Notes under the pieces: model-generated
Database searches by the model: none
What the model was told of the DNA's origin: nothing
The model's input: only the letters and a program-made list of their open reading frames with translations
Origin: Lytechinus pictus
Taxonomy: Eukaryota
Direction: 5' to 3'
DNA: 64,000 bases
NCBI RefSeq assembly: GCF_037042905.1
Contig: NC_087245.1
Location: 38,628,001-38,692,000, forward strand
Program-made: the position numbers and the translations under genes
Part shown: piece after piece, positions 38,020-50,990 of the stretch
Position numbering within the stretch: the first letter of the stretch is position 1
How the letters are laid out: each line of letters begins with the position of its first letter

Positions 38020-38390
38020 TTTAAGTTTTGAATTGGTCAGTTTGGTCAGGTAAGAATGGAGACGACTCGCAAGCAAACACTTTCCAAAATGGTTCAAATG
38101 TAACCCATCTTGGGAGAAAGCATCATCATTATATATAATCCAATTATTATTATAATCAAAGTCCTCACAACAACTGAAGAAAAAGCAGTCCAACTTAATT
38201 GCAAATTTTCTCAAATTTTCAAAATTCACGACAATTCATATAAATCTTGTCTGTCCCAACGGGGAAGAATGCTCAAGGAAATAACTGTTGCTGACCGAAA
38301 TACTTCTCTCACTGTCTGGTACAATTCAAAATAGTGTTGACAGTCAAGCGACCACAATCCACACTCTAAATTGTTTTGTGCCACATGCAG
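38020..38390 (-). mobile_element. SGNH/GDSL esterase fragment (retroelement ORF1-type); further copies at about 42100-42540, 46970-47410 and 51238-51680
   Basis: SIFPRWD...YNENLR...DGLHLNHFG block V motif. Confidence 0.7.
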
Positions 38391-38451
38391 AACAACAAAA
38401 TCTGTTTCAAATTAAAAAAAAAGAATTGTCAGTTCTCAGATTGTTCTTTAA

Positions 38452-39172
38452 ACTTGAGGCGCAACACACTCGCAGTGCTTGTATCTCACTCCTATGGCTT
38501 GTGCTACTCTTCTCACAACCACGGAAACTAGCAATGCTACAACCATGAATAGTTGCAGCACTATCCAGTACATGTCTAGTTGTGAAGAATCTCAATGCCT
38601 AAAAGAGTTGCAGGGATGCAGGTAATGCTCTGCTCTTCTTCTCGACATGCTACAATTCGTCACTGGATTCTGTTATGAGGTACACAATTTTTCTTCGGTC
38701 AAATCTACACTTTTTGAACATGTCTATGTCATCATAGATATCCAAAGGATTTGGTCTATCGCGGAAAATTCTTTCCCGTCAGAGAGCAGCAGCCCCTTAC
38801 CTATTCACATATCTAGTTAAATGACTCCTCTTATCCCATCTCTTCCGTAGTCCAAGGTGATGAACAGTTGCAGCTGCCCTGGAAGGGCACAACTTCTTCC
38901 TGCTGGGTGCTCCACTCCTTCCCAAACAAATCTATCGGCCTCATGCACCCATTTCTGGTGAAGCGATACTTCTGTATGATTCTCCACATCACTAAGCTCC
39001 ATGTGATGCATCCTATCTCTAAATACCCTCTCCCTCCTCAGTCGACATCTTTCCTCAGCTTGCAATGCAAGGAATGCAGCCATCTTGCAGCTTGGTCTTG
39101 AAAGCAGCAGCAGCAGCACCCTAGCAACAGTGCTACAACCATGAATAGTTGCAGCGCTATCAAGTACACTTC
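38452..39172 (-). mobile_element. Two different Harbinger (HARBI1-like) transposase N-terminal fragments; repeated at about 42600-42785, 47472-48195 and 51737-52340
   Basis: RERIFRDRPNPLDIYDD...RFDR...RALPASLQLF.ALRFF and MAAFLALQ...RRERVFRDR...RSCALPGQLQLFITL. Confidence 0.75.
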
Positions 39173-39192
39173 CTGCTGATTGATGGGGACTG

Positions 39193-41860
39193 ACTACCAA
39201 AGATTGTGGTGAACTCATGAGTGTTAGGAACAGGATTCTTCGCCCTCACAGAACTGAACAGGTTTTCGCGACAGTCCTGTGTCAGGCGACTGGTAAGGAC
39301 AAATTTATGTCCCTGAATCAGCAGTTCCTCCACAATGGACATTATTGACTGTGTTGACATGATTACACCAGTCTGTACAGGCTTCCAGTGACCCTTCCAT
39401 CCGATCTTCATCATCCTGAAAAGGGTCACTGCCTCAGGATTCTACAGCTCCAATGTACTTCTCCACATTGGATGTACCAGATTTGAATACCATCCCTATC
39501 CAGATTTGAATACCATCCCTATGTTGCTTCTATCGTTTTGCAATTTTTCTCTCTTGATTTATTTATTTTATTTTTATTATAGCTCGTTTCAGATCAGTGT
39601 TTGTGTTGTGATCTAGCACTGCTGACTGAGTGCGAGCTAGCATAACAGGATAGAAGAAATGTCTCTTTGGACAATATTTTAGGTACAGGTTATGAAACAC
39701 TTCCAATTCACCAATGTGACAAGCTTTTGACAGTTGTTTTATGTCATTTACAAGACATTTGTCAATAAGAATTGACTGAAGAGATGTGCTTTCCAACCAG
39801 GCTTCATCTTCCCTGGTTTGGTCATCAAACTGCAAGAAAGCACTGATGGTGAGGCTGCACAACGAAGCAGCATATACTTCAAGAGGCTCGTGTGGAAGAC
39901 GGACGAGCAGTCAGGACCCGCTGAAACAATGAAACTTCCTCTCTTTTGCAAAGGCCTCCAACAAGTTTTCCTTCATATCTGGTGAGAAGGGATCCCACAG
40001 GAGAAATGCTGTCCTATCCAGACCTATCCTAAAATCCATGAGTTTGTGTCGCAAACATGATTTGGCATCAATTGAAACATCTCCATTGATGGGAACTTCC
40101 TCACAATTCTGAACTGACTACCAAAGATTGTCGTGGAACTCATGAGTGTTAGGAACAGGATTCTTTGCCCTCACAGAACTCAACAAGATTTTGAGACAGT
40201 CCTGTGTCAGGCAACTGGTAAGGACAAATTTATGTCCCTGACTCAGCAGTTCCTCCACAATGGACATTATTGACTGCGTTGACATGATTACACTAGTCTG
40301 TACAGGCTTCCAGTGACCCTTCCATCCAATCTTCATCTTCCTGAAAAGGGTCACAGCTTCCTTAAGGAATTCTAGAGATCCGTTGTACTTCTCCAGATTG
40401 GAATTACCAGATTTGAATACCTTCCCTATGTTGCTTCTATCGTTTTGCAATTTTTCTCTCTTGATTTAGTTTTTTTTTTTTTATTATAGCTTGTGTCAGA
40501 TCAGTGTTTGTGTTGTGATCTAGCACTGCTGACTGAGTGCGAGCTAGCATAACAGGATAGAAGAAATGTCTCTTTGGACAATATTTTAGGTACAGGTTAT
40601 GAAACACTTCCAATTCACCAATGTGACAAGCTTTGGACAGTTGTTTTATGTCATTTACAAGACATTTGTCAATAAGAATTGACTGAAGAGATGTGCTTTC
40701 CAACCATGCTTCATCTTCCCTAGTTTGGTCATCAAACTGCAAGAAAGCACCGATGGTGAGGCTGCGCAACGAAGCAGCATATACTTCAAGAGGCTCGTGT
40801 GGAAGACGGACGAGCAGTCAGGACCCGCTGAAACAATGAAACTTCCTCTCTTTTGCAAAGGCCTCCAACAAGTTTTCCTTCATATCTGGTGAGAAGGGAT
40901 CCCACAGGAGAAATGCTGTCCTATCCAGACCTATCCTAAAATCCATGAGTTTGTGTCGCAAACATGATTTGGCATCAATTGAAACATCTCCATTGATGGG
41001 AACTTCCTCACAATTCTGAACTGACTACCACAGATCGTTGTAAAACTCATGAGTGTTAGGAACAGGATTCTTCGCCCTCACAGAACTGAACAGGTTTTCG
41101 CGACAGTCCTGTGTCAGGCGACTGGTAAGGACAAATTTATGTCCCTGAATCAGCAGTTCCTCCACAATGGACATTATTGACTGTGTTGACATGATTACAC
41201 CAGTCTGTACAGGCTTCCAGTGACCCTTCCATCCAATCTTCATCTTCCTGAAAAGGGTCACTGCCTCAGGAATTCCAGAGCTCCATTGTATTTCTCCAGA
41301 TTTGCAAGCATGAGTGCCATGACTGGTTTCCTGCTTGCTGATATCCAGTCGCTCCTATTGCAAAGCACTTTCCCCATTTTTTACATTTCCTCCTCCCCCT
41401 CCCAGCCATATCTAACTGATCTTGTGAGAAGATCTCTCTCTCAATCTTCTATTTTGAAGAATCAATTTTCAATTTTAGCCTTCTGTTTTCTTTGGGCATG
41501 CTATGCAGCACCCTCTCAAGTTTCTTCATCTTTGCCTTGCCCAACAACCTCCTTTTGAATGATTTACCAATATACCACTCGTCTTCGAAACCTCTTCCTT
41601 TTCACCTTGTGTAGAACATACTTTTTCCTGATGCCAGGGAGGGGACATGATGCTGGCTGATAATTTCTCCCCTATTTGATGGCTCTGTAAGTTATTTTGC
41701 ATGCACATTTTTGTGGCATATGCTGATATGGAGGCAGGCTAGGAGGTTATGAAAGGGCGAGCAACCTTACTAGGGGTGCAAAATCCATCCTCAGATTGCC
41801 TTATGGAGGCTCTGTTCCTCAGTTTTTTCTACCACCTCTGAAGCGATTGTTACTGTAAGT
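39193..41860 (-). repeat. Tandem chimeric ~0.91-0.92 kb monomers (P-element fragment + Kolobok/Mutator-like fragment + unknown module), block 1
   Basis: Monomer starts (gactacc) at 39193, 40116, 41023; peptides WKPVQTG..TSRLTQDC.ENLFS and HIGELEVFHNLYLKYCPKRHF..ARTQSAVLDHN. Confidence 0.85.
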
Positions 41861-41900
41861 ACTGTAAGTTCTCTTGCCTCTTGTACATGTACAAGTCCAG

Positions 41901-42055
41901 GGGCCCATTTCATAAAGAGTTACAACTGATGTAACTTTGCCATTATGGCAACTACCATGGCAACAGGGCTCAGCAGCCAATCAGAATCAAGGTTGCCATG
42001 GTAGTTGCCATAATGGCAAAGTTACAACAGTTGCAACTCTTTATGAAACGGGCCC
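41901..42055. mobile_element. Palindromic MITE inside the higher-order unit (also 46770-46924 and 51039-51193)
   Basis: Same family as 1445-1601, CAG target duplication, same flanks in all three copies. Confidence 0.85.
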
Positions 42056-42792
42056 CAGATCTGTATTCTGCCATCCTTTCTTAGGCTCTTTTTTTTGTCT
42101 TCAAGGTGGAGGGTAGATAAGTTTTAATTCCTTTGGAATTCTTGGATGGCTGTAGGCTGAAGTAGTGAGTTTTGGATTGATCAGTTTGGTCAGGTAAGAA
42201 TGGAGACGACTCGCAAGCAAACACTTTCCAAAATGGTTCAAATGTAACCCATCTTGGGAGAAAGCATCATCATTATATATAATCCAATTATTATTATAAT
42301 CGAAGTCCTCACAACAACTGAAGAAAAAGCAGTTCAGCTTAATTGCAAATTTTCTCAAATTTTCATTGTAAATTAACGACAATTCGTATAAATCTTGTCG
42401 GTCCCAACGGGGAAAAATGCTCAAGGAAATAACTGTTGCTGACCGAAATACTTCTCTCACTGTCTGGTACAATTCAAAATAGTGTTGACATTCAAGCGAC
42501 CACAATCCACACTCTCAATTGTTTGTGCCACATGCAGAACAACAATATCTGTTTCAAATAAAAAAAAAAGAATTGTCAGTTCTCAGATTGTTCTTTAAAC
42601 TTGAGGCGCAACACACTCGCAGTGCTTGTATCTCACTCCTATGGCTTGTGCTACTCTTCTCACAACCACGGAAACTAGCAATGCTACAACCATGAATAGT
42701 TGCAGCACTATCCAGTACACGTCTAGTTGTGAAGAATCTCAATGCCACAAAGAGTGGCAGGGATGCAGGTAATGCTCTGATCTTCTTTACAT

Positions 42793-43420
42793 TTTTAAGT
42801 CAAAATCTGACCAGAAACATTTATGTTTGGCCTGCCGATCGAATCTTGATTTCATTTAATTATTGAAGCCCTATTGCTGCAGGATAGACTCTAATTTTTT
42901 TTGTTACGGCCTTTAACGGGGTGGATATATCAAATACATTAATAACCGGATAGATCTAAGTTAGTTTTATAAGTCTATATAAAAAAAATACAATAAAAGA
43001 AAGAAAAGAAAAAAAGAAACCGTTGCTTTCCTGTCCGATCCATTGCCTGTTTCTCTTTGTGCATATTTTCTTTCGTTGTGCTTGTTAAATTGTGCCATTT
43101 CTTTTTTATTTCTGGCACCGATCGCTTGACTGTGGGGTTGGCTGCATTTAGTTTTAAGGCAATTTTGGCCCACGCCTTTTCTTTATCTTCAAAGGTGATC
43201 CGTGAATTGAGCTTAGTTCTCAAGATTTCTTCCCTCTCTCTTATTTCGGCTATCAACGTGATTTTCTCTCCTTCAGTGAAATTGGCTTTCATTTTTTTTC
43301 TCAGCCTCCATCTTGATATTCGGTATGATGCGATTTTTGCTTTAACACATAAAACGCATAGACTTTTTACCGCGGAGCAGCTGTTACGTTCGAAACAAAA
43401 GTTGCGTGACGTCTCATCAT
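42793..43420 (-). mobile_element. Harbinger-associated Myb/SANT-like DNA-binding gene fragment with intron
   Basis: KANFTEGEKITLIAEI...KEKAWAKIALKLNA...RSVPEIKKKWHNL. Confidence 0.8.
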
Positions 43421-46400
43421 TTCTAGAGCTCCATTGTACTTCTCCAGATTGGAAGTACCAGATTTGAATACCATCCCTATGTTGCTTCTATCGTTTTGCA
43501 ATTTTCTTTCTCTGCATTTAGTTTTTTTATTATTAAAGCTTGTTTCAAATCAGTGTTTGTGTTGTGATCTAGCACTGCTGACTGAGTGCGAGCTTGCATA
43601 ACAGGATAGAAGAAATGTCTCTTTGGACAATATTTTAGGTACAGGTTATGAAACACTTCCAATTAACCAATGTGACAAGCTTTGGACAGTTGTTTTATGT
43701 CATTTACAAGACATTTGTCAATAAGAATTGACTGAAGAGATGTGCTTTCCAACCATGCTTCATCTTCCCTAGTTTGGTCATCAAACTGCAAGAAAGCACC
43801 GATGGTGAGGCTGCGCAACGAAGCAGCATATACTTCAAGAGGCTCGTGTGGAAGACGGACGAGCAGTCAGGACCCGCTGAAACAATGAAACTTCCTCTCT
43901 TTTGCAAAGGCCTCCAACAAGTTTTCCTTCATATCTGGTGAGAAGGGATCCCACAGGAGAAATGCTGTCCTATCCAGACCTATCCTAAAATCCATGAGTT
44001 TGTGTCGCAAACATGATTTGGCATCAATTGAAACATCTCCATTGATGGGAACTTCCTCACAATTCTGAACTGACTACCACAGATCGTTGTAAAACTCATG
44101 AGTGTTAGGAACAGGATTCTTCGCCCTCACAGAACTGAACAGGTTTTCGCGACAGTCCTGTGTCAGGCGACTGGTAAGGACAAATTTATGTCCCTGAATC
44201 AGCAGTTCCTCCACAATGGACATTATTGACTGTGTTGACATGATTACACCAGTCTGTACAGGCTTCCAGTGACCCTTCCATCCAATCTTCATCTTCCTGA
44301 AAAGGGTCACAGCTTCCTTAAGGAATTCTAGAGATTCGTTGTACTTCTCCAGATTGGAATTACCAGATTTGAATACCATCCTTATGTTGCTTCTATCGTT
44401 TTGCAATTTTTCTCTCTTGATTTAGTTTTTTTTTTTATTATAGCTTGTTTCAGATCAGTGTGTTGTGATCTAGCACTGCTGACTGAGTGCGAGCTAGCAT
44501 AACAGGATAGAAGAAATGTCTCTTTGGACAATATTTTAGGTACAGGTTATGAAACACTTCCAATTCACCAATGTGACAAGCTTTTGACAGTTGTTTTATG
44601 TCATTTACAAGACATTTGTCAATAAGAATTGACTGAAGAGATGTGCTTTCCAACCAGGCTTCATCTTCCCTAGTTTGGTTATCAAAACTGCAAGAAAGCA
44701 CTGATGGTGAGGCTGCGCAACGAAGCAGCATTAACTTCAAGAGGCTCGTGTGGGAGACTGGGACGAGCAGTCAGGACCCGCTGAAACAATGAAACTTCCT
44801 CTCTTTTGCAAAGGCCTCGAACAAATTTCCCTTCATATCTTGTGAGAAGGGATCCCACAGGAGCAATGCTGTCCTATTCAGACCTATCCTGAAATCCATG
44901 AGTTTGTATCGCAAACATAAATTTTGCTTTTAATTGAAATATCTCCATTGATGGGGACTTCCTCACAATTCTGAACTGACTACCAAAGATTGTCGTGGAA
45001 CTCATGAGTGTTAGGAACAGGATTCTTTGCCCTCACAGAACTCAACAAGATTTTGAGACAGTCCTGTGTCAGGCAACTGGTAAGGACAAATTTATGTCCC
45101 TGACTCAGCAGTTCCTCCACAATGGACATTATTGACTGCGTTGACATGATTACACTAGTCTGTACAGGCTTCCAGTGACCCTTCCATCCAATCTTCATCT
45201 TCCTGAAAAGGGTCACAGCTTCCTTAAGGAATTCTAGAGATCCGTTGTACTTCTCCAGATTGGAATTACCAGATTTGAATACCTTCCCTATGTTGCTTCT
45301 ATCGTTTTGCAATTTTTCTCTCTTGATTTAGTTTTTTTTTTTTTATTATAGCTTGTGTCAGATCAGTGTTTGTGTTGTGATCTAGCACTGCTGACTGAGT
45401 GCGAGCTAGCATAACAGGATAGAAGAAATGTCTCTTTGGACAATATTTTAGGTACAGGTTATGAAACACTTCCAATTCACCAATGTGACAAGCTTTGGAC
45501 AGTTGTTTTATGTCATTTACAAGACATTTGTCAATAAGAATTGACTGAAGAGATGTGCTTTCCAACCATGCTTCATCTTCCCTAGTTTGGTCATCAAACT
45601 GCAAGAAAGCACCGATGGTGAGGCTGCGCAACGAAGCAGCATATACTTCAAGAGGCTCGTGTGGAAGACGGACGAGCAGTCAGGACCCGCTGAAACAATG
45701 AAACTTCCTCTCTTTTGCAAAGGCCTCCAACAAGTTTTCCTTCATATCTGGTGAGAAGGGATCCCACAGGAGAAATGCTGTCCTATCCAGACCTATCCTA
45801 AAATCCATGAGTTTGTGTCGCAAACATGATTTGGCATCAATTGAAACATCTCCATTGATGGGAACTTCCTCACAATTCTGAACTGACTACCACAGATCGT
45901 TGTAAAACTCATGAGTGTTAGGAACAGGATTCTTCGCCCTCACAGAACTGAACAGGTTTTCGCGACAGTCCTGTGTCAGGCGACTGGTAAGGACAAATTT
46001 ATGTCCCTGAATCAGCAGTTCCTCCACAATGGACATTATTGACTGTGTTGACATGATTACACCAGTCTGTACAGGCTTCCAGTGACCCTTCCATCCAATC
46101 TTCATCTTCCTGAAAAGGGTCACTGCCTCAGGAATTCCAGAGCTCCATTGTATTTCTCCAGATTGGCAAGCATGAGTGCCATGACTGGTTTCCTGCTTGC
46201 TGATATCCAGTCGCTCCTATTGCAAAGCACTTTCCCCATTTTTTACATTTCCTCCTCCCCCTCCCAGCCATATCTAACTGATCTTGTGAGAAGATCTCTC
46301 TCTCAATCTTCTATTTTGAAGAATCAATTTTCAATTTTAGCCTTCTGTTTTCTTTGGGCACGCTATGCAGCACCCTCTCAAGTTTCTTCAGCTTTGCCTT

Positions 46401-46725
46401 GCCCAACAACCTCCTTTTGAATGATTTACCAATATACCACTCGTCTTCGAAACCTCTTCCTTTTCACCTTGTGTAGAATATACTTTTTCCTGATGCCAGG
46501 GAGGGGACATGATGCTGGTTGATAATTTCTCCCCTTTTTGATGGCTCTGTAAGTTATTTTGCATGCAAATTTTTCTGGCATATGCTGATATGGAGGCAGG
46601 CTAGGAGGTTTTGAAGGGCGAGCAACCTTACTTGGGGTGCAAAATCCATCCTCAGATTGCCTTATGGAGGCTCTGTTCCTCAGTTTTTTCTACCACCTCT
46701 GAAGCGACTGTTACTGTAAGTACTG
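43421..46725 (-). repeat. Tandem chimeric monomers, block 2
   Basis: Monomer starts at 44072, 44978, 45885, preceded by a partial unit. Confidence 0.85.
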
Positions 46726-48215
46726 TGTGACCCATATTTCTCTTGCCTCTTGTACATGTACAAGTCCAGGGGCCCATTTCATAAAGATTTACAACTGATG
46801 TAACTTTGCCATTATGGCAACTACCATGGCAACAGGGCTCAGCAGCAAATCAGAATCAAGGTTGCCATGGTAGTTGCCATAATGGCAAAGTTACAACAGT
46901 TGCAACTCTTTATGAAACGGGCCCCAGATCTGTGTTCTGCCATTCTTTCTTTGGCTCCTTTTTTTTGTCTTCAAGATGGAGGATAGATAAGTTTTAATTC
47001 CTTTGGAATTCTTGGATGGCTGTAGGCTGAAGTAGAGGGTTTTGGATTGGTCAGTTTGGTCAGGTAAGAATGGAGACGACTCGCAAGCAAAGACTTTCCA
47101 AAATGGTTCAAATGTAACCCATCTTGGGAGAAAGCATCATCATTATATATAATCCAATTATTATTATAATCGAAGTCCTCACAACAACTGAAGAAAAAGC
47201 AGTTCAAATTAATTGCAAAGTTTCTCAAATTTTCATTGTAAATTAACGACAATTCGTATAAATCTTGTCGGTCCCAACGGGGAAGAATGCTCAAGGAAAT
47301 AACTGTTGCTGACCGAAATACTTCTCTCACTGTCTGGTACAATTCAAAATAGTGTTGTCAGTCAAGCGACCACAATCCACACTCTAAATTGTTTTTGCCA
47401 CATGCAGAACAACAAAATCTGTTTCAAAAAAAAAAAAAAAAGAATTGTCAGTTCTCAGATTGTTCTTTAATCTTGAGGCGCAACACACTCGCAGTGCTTG
47501 TATGTAATACTCCTATGGCTTGTGCTACTCTTCTCACAACCACGGAAACTAGCAATGCTACAACCATGAATAGTTGCAGCACTATCCAGTACACGTCTAG
47601 TTTTGAAGAATCTCAATGCCACAAAGAGTTGCAGGGATGCAGGTAATGCTCTGATCTTCTTTACATGCTACAATTCGTCACTGGATTTTGTTATGAGGTA
47701 CACAATTTGTCTTTGGTCAAATCTATACTTTTTGAACATGTCTATGTCATCATAGATATCCAAAGGATTTGGTCTATCGCGGAAAATTTCTATCTCATCA
47801 GAGGGCAGCAGCCCCTTACATATTCCTTACATATATCTAGTTAAATGACTCCTCTTATCCCATCTCTTCCGTAGTCCAAGGTGATGAACAGTTGCAGCTG
47901 CCCTGGAAGGGCACAACTTCTTCCTGCTGGGTGCTCCACTCCTTCCCAAACAAATCTATCGGCCTCATGCACCCATTTCTAGTGAAGCGATACTTCTGTA
48001 TGATTCTCCACATCACTAAGCTCCATGTGATGCATCCTATCTCTAAATACCCTCTCCCTCCTCAGTCGACATCTTGCCTCAGCTAGCAATGCAAGGAATG
48101 CAGCCATCTTGCAGCTTGGTCTTGAAAGCAGCAGCAGCAGCACCCTAGCAACAGTGCTACAACCATGAATAGTTGCAGCGCTATCAAGTACACTTCCTGC
48201 TGATTGATGGGGACT

Positions 48216-50990
48216 GACTACCAAAGATTGTGGTGAACTCATGAGTGTTAGGAACAGGATTCTTCGCCCTCACAGAACTGAACAGGTTTTCGCGACAGTC
48301 CTGTGTCAGGCGACTGGTAAGGACAAATTTATGTCCCTGAATCAGCAGTTCCTCCACAATGGACATTATTGACTGTGTTGACATGATTACACCAGTCTGT
48401 ACAGGCTTCCAGTGACCCTTCCATCTGATCTTCATCCTGAAAAGGGTCACTGCCTCAGGATTCTAGAGCTCTAATGTACTTCTCCACATTGGATGTACCA
48501 GATTTGAATACCATCCCTATCCAGATTTGAATACCATCCCTATGTTGCTTCTATCGTTTTGCAATTTTTCTCTCTTGATTTATTTTTTTATTTTTTATTA
48601 TAGCTTGTTTCAGATCAGTGTTTGTGTTGTGATCTAGCACTGCTGACTGAGTGCGAGCTAGCATAACAGGATAGAAGAAATGTCTCTTTGGACAATATTT
48701 TAGGTACAGGTTATGAAACACTTCCAATTCACCAATGTGACAAGCTTTTGACAGTTGTTTTATGTCATTTACAAGACATTTGTCAATAAGAATTGACTGA
48801 AGAGATGTGCTTTCCAACCAGGCTTCATCTTCCCTAGTTTGGTCGTCAAACTGCAAGAAAGCACTGATGGTGAGGCTGCGCAACGAAGCAGCATATACTT
48901 CAAGAGGCTCGTGTGGAAGACGGACGAGCAGTCAGGACCCGCTGAAACAATGAAACTTCCTCTCTTTTGCAAAGGCCTCCAACAAGTTTTCCTTCATATC
49001 TGGTGAGAAGGGATCCCATAGGAGAAATGCTGTTCTATCCAGACCTATCCTGAAATCCATGAAATTTGTCGCAAACCTGATTTGGCATCAATTGAAACAT
49101 CTCCATTGATGGGGACTTCCTCACAATTCTGAACTGACTACCTAAGATTTTCGTGAAACTCATGAGTGTTAGGAACAGGATTCTTTGCCCTCACAGAACT
49201 GAACAGGTTTTCGAGACAGTCCTGTGTCAGGCGACTGGTAAGGACAAATTTATGTCCCTGACTCAGCAGTTCCTCCACAATGGACATTATTGACTGTGTT
49301 GACATGATTACACCAGTCTATACAGGCTTTCTGTGACCCTTCCATCCAATCTCCATCTTCCTGAAAAGGGTCACTGCCTCAGGAATTCTAGAGCTCCATT
49401 GTACTTCTCAAGATTAGCAAGCATTAGAGCCATTGCTGGTTTCCTGCTCGCTGATATTCAGTCGCTCCTATTGCAAAGCACTTTCCGCATTTCTTATATT
49501 TCCATATTAGAAGTACCAGATTTGAATTCCATCCCTATCCAGATTTGAATACCATCCCTATGTTGCTTCTATCGTTTTGCAATTTTTTTTCTCTAGATTT
49601 AGTTTTTTTTTTATTATAGCTTGTTTCATATCAGTGTTTGTGTTGTGATCTAGCACTGCTGACTGAGTGCGAGCTAGCATAACAGGATAGAAGAAATGTC
49701 TCTTTGGACAATATTTTAGGTACAGGTTATGAAACACTTCCAATTCACCAATGTGACAAGCTTTGGACAGTTGTTTTATGTCATTTACAAGACATTTGTC
49801 AATAAGAATTGACTGAAGAGATGTGCTTTCCAACCAGGCTTCATCTTCCCTAGTTTGGTCGTCAAACTGCAAGAAAGCGCTGATGGTGAGGCTGCGCAAC
49901 GAAGCAGCATATACTTCAAGAGGCTCGTGTGGAAGACGGACGAGCAGTCAGGACCCGCTGAAACAATGAAACTTCCTCTCTTTTGCAAAGGCCTCCAACA
50001 AGTTTTCCTTCATATCTGGTGAGAAGGGATCCCACAGGAGAAATGCTGTCCTGTCCAGACCTATCCTGAAATCCATGAGTTTGTGTCGCAAACATGATTT
50101 GGCATCAATTGAAACATCTCCATTGATGGGGACTTCCTCACAATTCTGTACTGACTACCAAAGATTGTTGTGAAACTCATGAGTGTTAGGAACAAGATTC
50201 TTTGCCCTCACAGAACTGAACAGGTTTTCGAGACAGTCTTGTGTCAGGCGACTGGAAAGGACAAATTTATGTCCCTGATTCAGCAGTTCCTCCACGATGG
50301 ACATTATTGACTGTGTTGACATGATTACACCAGTCTGTACAGGCTTCCAGTGACCCTTCCATCCAATCTTCATTTTCCTGAAAAGGGTCGCTGCCTCAGG
50401 AATTCCAGAGCTCCATTGTATTTCTCCAGATTGGCAAGCATGAGTGCCATGACTGGTTTCCTGCTTGCTGATATCCAGTCGCTCCTATTGCAAAGCACCT
50501 TCCCCATTTCTTACATTTCCTCCTCCCCCTCCCAGCCATATCTAACTGATCTTGTGAGAAGATCTCTCTCTCAATCTTTTATTTTGAAGAATCAATTTTC
50601 AATTTTAGCCTTCTGTTTTCTTTGGGCACGCTATGCAGCACCCTCTCAAGTTTCTTCATCTTTGCCTTGCCCAACAACCTCCTTTTGAATGATTTACCAA
50701 TATACCACTCGTCTTCGAAACCTCTTCCTTTTCACCTTGTGTAGAACATACTTTTACCTGATGCCAGGGAGGGGACATGATGCTGGCTGATAATTTCTCC
50801 CCTATTTGATGGCTCTGTAAGTTATTTTGCCTGCACATTTTTCTGGCATATGCTGATATGGAGGGAGGCTAGGAGGTTATGAAAGGGCGAGCAACCTTAC
50901 TAGGGGTGCAAAATCCATCCTCAGATTGCCTTATGGAGGCTCTGTTCCTCAGTTTTTTCTACCACCTCTGAAGCGACTGTTACTATAAGT
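48216..50990 (-). repeat. Tandem chimeric monomers, block 3
   Basis: Monomer starts at 48216, 49136, 50153. Confidence 0.85.
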
